A DNA stretch of 64,000 bases, from assembly GCA_945876035.1 (NCBI GenBank), contig CAMCMU010000022.1:7176-71175 (forward strand). The letters run 5' to 3'. Source of the DNA: Schlesneria paludicola DSM 18645 (GTDB taxonomy: Bacteria > Planctomycetota > Planctomycetia > Planctomycetales > Planctomycetaceae). Below, in pieces: positions 1 to 8,362 of the stretch. The notes under the pieces are model-generated. The model made no database searches. It was given only the letters and a program-made list of their open reading frames with translations, and was not told where the DNA came from. Within the stretch, counting starts at the first letter, position 1. Each line of letters starts with the position of its first letter. The position numbers were made by a program, and so were the translations under genes.

Positions 1-168
1 TGCGAAGAATTTTCCGGAGACCACAGCGGATCCGAAAGCCGTGTTTTCGAGGGGACCGATCCGAGTCCTTCATCGGCATTTACTGCCGGTAAAATCGGTT
101 CAGCACCCCTGTTGGATATCTCATTTATTGTAAGGGTTTGCGTAACAATTGGGGGTGTCGAGGTGGAG

Positions 169-197
169 TTGACAGGAGGCGGGCATGGGGATCTAAT
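169..197 (+). promoter_or_regulatory. Possible sigma70-type promoter for the 326-679 gene
   Basis: Perfect TTGACA (169-174), 17-bp spacer, TCTAAT (192-197; 5/6 match to TATAAT). Confidence 0.35.
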
Positions 198-325
198 TAT
201 TTGTGTGTACGGTGTTATCATCATAGATGGGATCGCGATTGTTTAGGCTTAGTGGAGAGTGAAGCGATTCACTGTCCTCGGGCCACACCGTCTCGGACAG
301 ATTACATGATTTAGGAGAACAGTTC

Positions 326-679
326 ATGCGGAAGATTTTGTCTTGTGTTGCGTGTGTGGCGACGGTGGTTTGTGCCTTGGCCACAGCGTCGAGCGTTCAG
401 GCCCGTCCCGATTACCTGAAAGGCTTCAACGGGAGCTATCCGGCATTGAAAGAAGCCGCCGAGGGAGCCAAATGCGCTATCTGTCACTTCGGCGAAAAGA
501 AGTCCAATCGAAATGACTACGGCAAGGCTGTTGGCACAGCTTTGGGTGCGCCCAAGGTCACAGATGCAGAAAAAATCAAAGCGGCTCTGAAGATGGTCGA
601 AGCTGAAAAAAGTAGTACCGACGGCAAGACGTTTGGTGAGCTGATCAAAGACGGTAAACTGCCTGGAAAAGCTCCCTGA
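326..679 (+). CDS. Small secreted mono-heme cytochrome c-like protein
   Basis: 117 aa; Sec-type signal peptide (MRKILSCVACVATVVCALATASSVQA); one CxxCH motif (CAICH, 473-487); AGGAG RBS upstream; followed by a strong hairpin. Confidence 0.8.
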   Translation: MRKILSCVACVATVVCALATASSVQARPDYLKGFNGSYPALKEAAEGAKCAICHFGEKKSNRNDYGKAVGTALGAPKVTDAEKIKAALKMVEAEKSSTDGKTFGELIKDGKLPGKAP

Positions 680-747
680 TTGAGAAACATTCCTGTCAGG
701 ACGGTTGTCAACCTCTGATAGCTTGTTGTCAATCAGCCTCCGATCAG

Positions 748-788
748 GCACAGCTCAAATTTTCAAGTTTGAGCTGTGCTTTCTCATT
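748..788 (+). terminator. Intrinsic terminator-like hairpin
   Basis: Perfect 12-bp stem gcacagctcaaa/tttgagctgtgc (748-759/768-779) with 8-nt loop, followed by T-rich tttctcattt, about 70 nt after the 326-679 stop. Confidence 0.7.
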
Positions 789-961
789 TCATCGGTGCTT
801 TTCAAAGGCGTTATTCCGTTCCGACATTCGTCATGACTCTGAGCAACTTCGATTTCGCAGATGTTTGAGTCTGAAAAGGCGATGCCTGAATGCGTTCTCC
901 CGTTGGAACGATTCCAGCCGTTTCGTTCAGATCCGTTCTGTTATTCTCACAAGGAAGTTTT

Positions 962-2287
962 ATGGATACGGCATTGACTCGCAGGCGATTTCTTGAGCGG
1001 TCAGTGGAAACAGTCGCTGTCACGGCCGCGTTGGCAAAACTCGGCGCGGTGCATTCTTTTGCTGCGGAAAAAACCGAACCGATACGTCTCGGGATCATCG
1101 GTTGCGGCGGAATGATGTCCGGGCATGTCCAAGGACTTGTCAGCCGGCGTGAAAACGTCTCCATCGCCTGGCTCTGTGACGTGGATCCTGCGCATATTGA
1201 CGCCATGTCCAAGATGGTGGGGCGCGATTTTCAAGCGATTGCCCCCCAACGAACGGCCGACTACGAAGAGGTCCTGAAGGATAAGTCGGTCGATGCCTGC
1301 ATCATTGCCACGCCGCATCACTGGCATGCTCCCATCGCCTTAAAAGCGATGGCTGCGGGAAAAGATGTGTACATCGAGAAACCGATTTCACATGTTTACA
1401 ACGAAGGTCAATTAATCGTTGAGGCAGCAAAAAAATACGGACGCGTTGTTCAGCAGGGGAGCCAGTTTCGGAGCAGTCCAGTCGCCGACAAGGCTGGCCT
1501 GCTATTGAAGTCGGGGATCATCGGCGATGTGAAGGTGGCCCGTGCATGGACGGCAGAATCCCGAACGATTGAAAAAGCGGTTCCTGACGGCATCGCCCCT
1601 GCGGGAGTGGATTATGACCGTTGGCTCGGTCCGGCTCCGTCACGTCCGTTCAATTCCCAACGATTTCACGTCTCATGGCGTTTTTTCAAAGACTACGGCA
1701 ACGGCGAAATCGGTGACGATGGAATTCACGATCTGGATTTGGCGGCATGGGGCCTCGGGGTCGATACATTCCCGAAGCAGATCACGGCTCGAGGCGGTCG
1801 AATGCTGCCCGAGGGCCACTTCAGCGAATATCCGGACAACATGAACGTGACCTATGAATATCCAGACGGTCGATTGTTGATTTACGAAAACTATCCCTTC
1901 ACCGCTTACGGTTTGCATGGATTTGACAACGGCAACGTGTTTTATGGCACGGAGGGCTACATGATCTTTTCGCGTCGCGGTGCGTTCAGTGTTTTCCAAG
2001 GCCAGAAGGGAACGCCAGGTCCGACGGAAGGCAAGGAATTACGCGGCCAAAAGGGATATATCCAGCATATGGCCGAGTTCCTGAATGCCGTGCGGCAGCG
2101 GACGCCAACACGTGCTTCAGCAGAGATCGCACACCGGAGTTGTGCTCTTGTCCATCTGGGCGAAATCGCCTTGCAAACACGCGGAAAGCTCGATTTTGAT
2201 CCGGTCACAGAACGGTTTGTGGACTGTGATGAAGCCAACAAACTATTAACCAAGGAGTATCGTGAACCCTACGGGATCCCCGTTTAG
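962..2287 (+). CDS. Tat-exported Gfo/Idh/MocA family oxidoreductase
   Basis: Twin-arginine signal (LTRRRFL); Rossmann motif LGIIGCGG; IATPHHWH and EKP motifs; DGIHDLD. Start placed at ATG 962 after aaggaag. Confidence 0.92.
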   Translation: MDTALTRRRFLERSVETVAVTAALAKLGAVHSFAAEKTEPIRLGIIGCGGMMSGHVQGLVSRRENVSIAWLCDVDPAHIDAMSKMVGRDFQAIAPQRTADYEEVLKDKSVDACIIATPHHWHAPIALKAMAAGKDVYIEKPISHVYNEGQLIVEAAKKYGRVVQQGSQFRSSPVADKAGLLLKSGIIGDVKVARAWTAESRTIEKAVPDGIAPAGVDYDRWLGPAPSRPFNSQRFHVSWRFFKDYGNGEIGDDGIHDLDLAAWGLGVDTFPKQITARGGRMLPEGHFSEYPDNMNVTYEYPDGRLLIYENYPFTAYGLHGFDNGNVFYGTEGYMIFSRRGAFSVFQGQKGTPGPTEGKELRGQKGYIQHMAEFLNAVRQRTPTRASAEIAHRSCALVHLGEIALQTRGKLDFDPVTERFVDCDEANKLLTKEYREPYGIPV

Positions 2288-2898
2288 GTGGATTTCGGAG
2301 AGATGCACGAGCCTGCTCAAAATCTGAATCAGGCTTTCCCCGCAGGGCGGTGTTGATGTTGATCGGAACTGCGGACGATTCCGAGGACGATCTACTGTGG
2401 AACGGACGTGGCGGTGGCGTGTGCCAATATGCCGCATGCGGGGGTGAACAGCCCAACTCTTGTTTTGAGAGTGACGACGACATTATTGCGGGGTCTGGGC
2501 ATCGCTCCGTGCTGTTCAGTGGTGGTCTGGACCGACTTGAGAGGGCCTGAAACCGCGTCGCTTTTGCGTCAGAAAAGTGCTCTTCGGTCGCCGTTTCTGG
2601 CGCGGGTGAAGCAACATCGGGGCCATAGCCGAGGGGTCTTACCCGTCAGCACGGCCTTCTGACGACGAACCTCAGATGTTGACGAGTCTCCCTAGCGACG
2701 CCAGCACATGAGTTGGCATGATCCCCCCGCGACTCGGATTCCGCCACAGTGCGATTTCAGAGCGTTTGAGGCGATGACGATCCCTTTGATTCACCCGGAA
2801 AATCGCGCCGTTCGCAAGGCTTGCGGCACCCGCCTGATGTCGGCCGAAGGATCTGCGCAGCCCCCCCTCCCCTCCTGCTGCTGCGTACTCCACCTGAA

Positions 2899-2949
2899 TG
2901 TCGTTTCAACAACTATTGTCTTGACGTCATTAAGCCGAAGCCGTATCGT
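2899..2949 (+). promoter_or_regulatory. Sigma70-type promoter plus candidate MarR operator
   Basis: TTGACG (2921-2926)-N17-TATCGT (2944-2949), ending 7 nt before ATG 2957; imperfect palindrome TGTCG-TTT-CAACA (2899-2911) just upstream of the -35. Confidence 0.5.
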
Positions 2950-2956
2950 GTTGAGC

Positions 2957-3460
2957 ATGAGTAACCGTCTGATCAACACGGGCCGAAAGCCGCGATTCGA
3001 TTCGATCCATCAACAGGCGTACCTCAGTCTTTGGCGGACGTACGATCGTTTGAAGGTGGTTGAGGACGCGTTGTTTCTTCCGTTTGAAATTTCAGCACAG
3101 CAATACAACGCTCTTCGTCTGCTGCATGCGGTACATCCAGGGACGATGCCAACTCGTATTTTGGGCAACAAATTGATTTCACGTGCTCCGGACATGACAC
3201 GGATGCTGGATCGTCTGGAAGAACGGCAGTTCGTGCATCGAGAACGCCGTCCGGAGAATCGGCGTGTCGTGGAAGTCGGGATCTCAGCAACAGGTCTTCA
3301 ACTGCTAGAAAACTTATCCCAACGGGTTCGTGAAGGCCACCAACGTCAACTCGGGCATTTATCATCTGCTGAAATCACTCAACTGATCACCCTGCTCCAG
3401 CGGGCTCGGGATCCTCATGAAGAGCCGGGTGGTCGATGGCACAACACTCCCTCGGACTGA
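2957..3460 (+). CDS. MarR family transcriptional regulator
   Basis: Winged-helix MarR pattern (ISAQQYNALRLL...DMTRMLDRLEERQFVHRER..ENRRVVEVGISATG). Start at ATG 2957; the upstream ORF extension is not protein-like. Confidence 0.9.
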   Translation: MSNRLINTGRKPRFDSIHQQAYLSLWRTYDRLKVVEDALFLPFEISAQQYNALRLLHAVHPGTMPTRILGNKLISRAPDMTRMLDRLEERQFVHRERRPENRRVVEVGISATGLQLLENLSQRVREGHQRQLGHLSSAEITQLITLLQRARDPHEEPGGRWHNTPSD

Positions 3461-3515
3461 ATTTCTGTCGGCACTCGAATCCGTGTCAGCACGTTGTCGT
3501 TTAGGAAACTGATTC

Positions 3516-4766
3516 ATGGTATGCAAATCGACTCCTCGAGTGATTGTGATTGGCGGCGGACCTTCGGGGGCGACGGCGGCGACTTTGATTGCGCAGCAAG
3601 GGCATCACGTGCGTCTGTTTGAGCGTGAGAGGTTTCCTCGCTTCCATATTGGTGAGTCGCTGATTCCACAGACGTATTGGACTTTGAAGCGTTTGAACAT
3701 GCTTGAGAAGATGAAGGGGAGTCATTACATCAAGAAATACAGCGTGCAATTTGTGGGATCGAGTGGCCGCTTATCCGAGCCGTTTTATTTTTGGGACAAT
3801 CGCCCTGAGGAGTGTTCTCAAACCTGGCAGGTTCGGCGCAGCGAGTTCGATCACATGTTGCTGCAGAACGCTGAGGAACACGGTGTTGATGTGCAGGAAG
3901 GAACGCGGGTTCTCGAGGTCTTGTTCGAGGGCACTCGCGCCGTCGGAGTCCGTGTTCAGAATGAGGATGGTCGTGACGAGCGGATTGAGCGTGCCGACGT
4001 GATCATCGACGCCAGCGGCCAAAGCTCATTGATCATGGGCAAACTCGGCCTACGAGACTGGGATCCAACGCTCAAAAAGGCGGCTGTCTGGACCTATTGG
4101 AAGGGGGCCTATCGCGATACAGAACAGGATGAAGGGGCAACCATTGTCTTGCAACTTCAGGGAAAGCAAGGTTGGTTTTGGTACATTCCGCTGCACGACA
4201 ACATCGTCAGTGTTGGGGTCGTCGCGAGTTACGACTACTTGTTCAAAAACCGCAAATCGAAAGACCTTGAAACGATCTACCGTGAAGAAGTTGAAAACTG
4301 TCCGGCGGTGAATCAGCGGATTTCAATGGGCGAACGCGCTGACGTTTATCGAGCGGCCAAGGAATATTCCTATCGGTCACGTCAAGCGGCGGGGGATGGC
4401 TGGGTCCTTGTTGGCGACGCCTTTGGATTCCTCGATCCGCTCTACTCTTCCGGCGTCTTGCTTGCCCTCAAATCGGGAGAGTTAGCAGCGGACGCCGTCT
4501 GCGCCGGTCTCCGAGCGGGCGACACGTCCGAGTCTCAACTGCGCTGTTGGGAGACGGACTATGTGCGTGGGATGGAACGCATGCGATCATTGGTCTGTGC
4601 CTACTATGCCGGTTTCAGTTTTGGCAAGTTCGTGGCTCAGCATCCGAATCGAAAAGGGGACATTACAGATCTCTTAATCGGTGATCTTTTCCGGCCAGAA
4701 CTTGACGAGACGCTCGGAATGATCAATGACGCCTTGAAGAATCATAAGGCGACCGTGTTTGACTGA
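3516..4766 (+). CDS. Flavin-dependent halogenase-like FAD oxidoreductase (Trp-halogenase/geranylgeranyl-reductase superfamily)
   Basis: GGGPSG FAD motif; HIGESL; WFWYIP (WxWxIP halogenase motif, 4173-4190); GDAFGFLDPLYSSG; RBS aggaaa upstream. Confidence 0.85.
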   Translation: MVCKSTPRVIVIGGGPSGATAATLIAQQGHHVRLFERERFPRFHIGESLIPQTYWTLKRLNMLEKMKGSHYIKKYSVQFVGSSGRLSEPFYFWDNRPEECSQTWQVRRSEFDHMLLQNAEEHGVDVQEGTRVLEVLFEGTRAVGVRVQNEDGRDERIERADVIIDASGQSSLIMGKLGLRDWDPTLKKAAVWTYWKGAYRDTEQDEGATIVLQLQGKQGWFWYIPLHDNIVSVGVVASYDYLFKNRKSKDLETIYREEVENCPAVNQRISMGERADVYRAAKEYSYRSRQAAGDGWVLVGDAFGFLDPLYSSGVLLALKSGELAADAVCAGLRAGDTSESQLRCWETDYVRGMERMRSLVCAYYAGFSFGKFVAQHPNRKGDITDLLIGDLFRPELDETLGMINDALKNHKATVFD

Positions 4767-4939
4767 TTTGCTTGACGACCTCAATGTTCAGCGCGAGTCC
4801 GGGGTTGTCTCTGGAGAAAATTTTGTCATCCGTTTGCCGGAGCGATTGTTCAACAGGACCGGCGGGATTGTCGGATACGGCTGTTCGTCCCCGAACATCG
4901 GCCCTTTTTTTTCAATCGCCGGCTCCTTGCAGAAAATGG

Positions 4940-5464
4940 TCACACGAGCCGAAATCCCAAAGCACGCATCGATTCTTCCAAGTCACGCAGCGCATACGTG
5001 TGCTCTTCTGCAGGCAGATTCGACCTCACGTCCACGATCAGATCTAGATACACATCGTAATCGTCTTCCAGAAAGTATCGACCGAAGAGGCTGCACTCGG
5101 CGAAGGCCAATGGCAGCCCCACTGTGGACCAGAAAATTTCGATGAACTCACCTTCCTCTTGTCGACGTCCTTGTATTTGGGTGCCGTGATGGATGATCAC
5201 GCCGCGTTGTTTCTCGTTCAGAATGGCCCACGTGAGCCGTTGCGGAGCGGGGCAAGACACCAGATCCAGCGGCGAATCAGAATCGCTTCCGGCAAGCCGC
5301 TGGCACAGTCGAGCGATCACCGCCAAATGAGACGGAAACGAGTTGTCACAGGCCTGCTCATCAAACTCGAAATGAACCACACTCCTGCGGCCGTATGTGC
5401 GGTCTCTTTCCAATTCGGATTGTTGATCGAGAGGATCAATTTCGGAGGGGGTCATTTTTAACAA
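4940..5464 (-). CDS. Hypothetical protein
   Basis: 174-aa ORF with natural acidic/globular composition, convergent with the halogenase gene; no motif recognised. Confidence 0.55.
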   Translation of the reverse strand: MLKMTPSEIDPLDQQSELERDRTYGRRSVVHFEFDEQACDNSFPSHLAVIARLCQRLAGSDSDSPLDLVSCPAPQRLTWAILNEKQRGVIIHHGTQIQGRRQEEGEFIEIFWSTVGLPLAFAECSLFGRYFLEDDYDVYLDLIVDVRSNLPAEEHTYALRDLEESMRALGFRLV

Positions 5465-5625
5465 TTTGGCAACTCCCGTTGTTTAATGTTTCCTGAATTG
5501 TGATTTTCAAGCGTGTTCCACGCGGCTCGCACCTGCGGCCATTGTCGGTCCAACCACGGCGAGCTCACCGCGCGCCAAGCACCCGCCACGAGCGGTCGAC
5601 GTTGCTGAGGCTTCGACTCGGATTG

Positions 5626-5786
5626 GCCGTAGCCCGGTCTCCGTCAAAAGAGGATTGAACCGGCATCGCCAGACTCGTGCTGGAGTTGCTCCTGACCTCG
5701 GGCAGGCCACTCGGTCGTCGTTGTGGCCTGCTGTTCCAGATCCTATCCGGCTCACGGGTCTTGAAGTGGAATCTTGATTTCACGGC
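5626..5786 (-). ncRNA. Candidate structured ncRNA (6S/SsrS-like)
   Basis: On the minus strand, nested pairings: GCCGUG/UACGGC at the ends, UCAAGA/UUUUGA, UGAGCCGG/CCGGUUCA (8 bp), a perfect 9-bp hairpin GCAGGCCAC/GUGGCCUGC and GGAG/CUCC. Lies in a long intergenic stretch with no credible ORF. Strand inferred from G-U pairs. Confidence 0.4.
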
Positions 5787-6634
5787 AGTATCTCTAAGAT
5801 GTGACAGTGGGCCGGGACTTTATTCGTCTGTTTGACGGGTGGACGACATTGGCTCCCGCAGGCGACGAGCCGATGTTGTCCATTGGCCTGCAACAGGCTC
5901 TGCGGAACCCGATCGGTGAAAACGTCGCTCGCCTGCCAGAGTTTATGCGAAATCAAACGGTTGGTGAATCGACAGTTTCCAGGCCTGTGAATTCTCCCCT
6001 TGGAAAACGCGGTCGTCAGTCAACAAACTCCTCGATCCCGACATCCAGCTCCGCGTCACAGAAGACCATTGGTGGTCACACCGAGGGCCGCAAAACGTCT
6101 CCGAACTTCGGTCGGAGGGATTGGTCGACCAACCACGACGATCAGCAGAGCGGATCAACACTCCTTGACCGAAGTTGACACGTTGTTGAAATAACGGCTG
6201 TTGGCCAAGACGGTAGCACCGATCCACGTTGCGGAGGATTCACCGGCCGATGCCGATCCACGCTGACCGTTTTCGGAATTGATCCTGACCGGACACGCGC
6301 GGGCGGCAGCGATACTCGTGGATTTTCTGAGCCTGAATCGGCGTATGCCAAGTCGGCGATAGCGTTTTTTTGCGGCCAGACCTCTTGTCAACCAATCGAA
6401 GGTCATACCGTGGATTCGGCGGGAAGTCCTGATTCCATTACTTCTGGCATCAACGTATGATTCGTCTGCTGCACGCATCGTCGGGTCTTCGAGCCACGTC
6501 GGCGGTGTCACATTGGTGACTTCGGTTGGTGGGTGCAGGGCTGCGTTCGCTATCGAAAGTCCCAGCGATTGACTAGCATCCGACGCAGCGGCGGTCGCCA
6601 GATTTTTGGAATAGACACAAGAGGGAGCTTGATC

Positions 6635-7648
6635 ATGTCCAGGCATTTGATTCTGTCAATGTTCGTTATTAGCGGGATGTCAACCGCATTATTCGCGAAT
6701 GGGCCAGCGGAAACAGTCACGGACTCAGAGCAGGTTTTAAACGAGCTCATGGCGATTCCGGCGGGGCAGATTCCGTCTCGACTGCTGGCGCAGGCCCAAG
6801 GGATCGTGATTGTGCCGAATGTTTTGAAAATCGGCTTTATTGGCGCTGCACGTCGAGGCCACGGAGTGGTCATGGTTCGCGACAGTGAGGGTGAGTGGGG
6901 CTTGCCGCAGTTCCTTGCTCTAACCGGGGGGAGTGTCGGTTTTCAAGTCGGTATCCAAGGCTCCGATGTGGTTTTGGTCTTCACCAATCGCCGAGGTATC
7001 GAGGGATTGTTGCGAGGAAATTTTACCATCGGTGTCGATGCCTCCGCATCCGCCGGACCGATCGGTCGCGATGCTGCCGTGGGAACGAATGCCACAATGC
7101 TCTCGGAAATCTATTCGTATTCACGCAGTCGAGGTCTGTTTCTGGGCGTTTCACTGGATGGTTCGGCCCTTGAAATAGACCATGCTTCTCATGCTTTTTA
7201 TTATGGAACGCCAACCGGTCAGCTCCCGGCACAGGTTCCTAAGGCTGCGGCGGAACTGCGTCACTTTCTGACGGATCTAACGCCACAGGCCGTCTTATCC
7301 ACGGCCGTGGCCTACGATCCCCCCGCGGCCGTAAGTTCGCCGAGGGTTCTGGAAGGTTTGAGACGCACATTAAACCAACACGCAGGCCGTTTGCACTCGC
7401 AGTTGTCCGCCGAATGGCGACACTACCTCGCCTTGCCCAGCGAGCTTCAACAGCCGGGCACGATTCCGTCAGCGGAGACGATGGCACAAGTCATCAAACG
7501 CTATGCACACCTAAATAGCTCCACGGATTACCAGAGTCTGTCGCAAGATCCTGAATTTCTGCGGACCTACGAACTGTTAATTGAATATGATAAAGCGGCT
7601 GCGGCGACTCATCTCACGTTACGCCTGCCCCCCCCTCCGCCACGTTAG
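6635..7648 (+). CDS. Lipid-binding SYLF (Ysc84-like) domain protein, exported
   Basis: Signal peptide; IPNVLKIGFIGAARRGHGV; GGSVGFQVGIQGSDVVLVF; GVDASASAGPIGR; YSYSRSRGLFLGVSLDG; RBS gagggag before ATG 6635. Confidence 0.9.
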   Translation: MSRHLILSMFVISGMSTALFANGPAETVTDSEQVLNELMAIPAGQIPSRLLAQAQGIVIVPNVLKIGFIGAARRGHGVVMVRDSEGEWGLPQFLALTGGSVGFQVGIQGSDVVLVFTNRRGIEGLLRGNFTIGVDASASAGPIGRDAAVGTNATMLSEIYSYSRSRGLFLGVSLDGSALEIDHASHAFYYGTPTGQLPAQVPKAAAELRHFLTDLTPQAVLSTAVAYDPPAAVSSPRVLEGLRRTLNQHAGRLHSQLSAEWRHYLALPSELQQPGTIPSAETMAQVIKRYAHLNSSTDYQSLSQDPEFLRTYELLIEYDKAAAATHLTLRLPPPPPR

Positions 7649-8362
7649 CATCGGCTAGAATATTTTTCGATTCGAACGCCGGCAGGCCATTGTGGCTGGT
7701 GGCGGAGAGCGGTCAGATCGGATCACGAGGTAACACGCAGGTGAAAATCGCTCGTGATGTTTAACCGAACCGCTTTTCAGAAGAAAAGCAGTGCATCAGG
7801 CGGCTGGTCAATTCGCTGACAGAAGACAAAACGGATTTGCGGGTTTCAGGCGAAATTGGTCTCACGGTTGCTGTGGCCGTGTTGCCGATTTCGGCCTGTC
7901 GGCGCAGCGTTCGGTCGTGTGAACGTGGTGACCCTCGAATTCAAAATACCGGTTTGGATTTCGATTCAGAGCATCGCATCGAGTGGTTCCGCCGCACCGT
8001 TGCCCGCGAGTCTCTGGAGCGGACCAACAACTGACGATACGCCGTCGCAATGGGGATCGTTGCGACAGCCAGTCTCTCACGACCTCTTGAGTGTCGCAGA
8101 AATCCCACAGGACTGTCGCTATTCGACTCGCCAAGTTGTGGCATGACCGGCCCAAAATATAAGGGCCTCTGCCGAAGAGTATCCTGAATGGGAGGGGGGA
8201 TTTGACGGTGTCCGGAGCCGTCACGTTTGCACTGCGGGATCGATATCACCACAGGCGAGCGACAGCGAAATCGGCTTCAAGATTCGGCGTTGAATCTTCG
8301 GCCGGCGAGGATCTTTCGTGCCGTTTTGCAGTCTGGCAATTCAAACCGTCTGCACGCGATTG

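Noticed and set aside
2288-2898. Short ORFs (2350-2550, 2408-2662, 2205-2483) and the upstream extension of the MarR ORF from 2708
   Set aside because: Non-protein-like composition and no RBS; a promoter-like element sits immediately before ATG 2957.
5650-5665. GGTTCAATCC on the minus strand resembling a tRNA/tmRNA T-arm
   Set aside because: No T-stem closure, acceptor stem or CCA end, and no cloverleaf.
5676-5700. GGUCAGG...AGCA on the minus strand resembling SRP RNA helix 8
   Set aside because: The segment between CAGG and AGCA is 9 nt and cannot form the 3-bp stem plus GNRA tetraloop that SRP RNA requires.
7649-8362. ORFs of 65-120 aa between the SYLF and kinase genes
   Set aside because: Mutually overlapping, no motifs or RBS; treated as intergenic.
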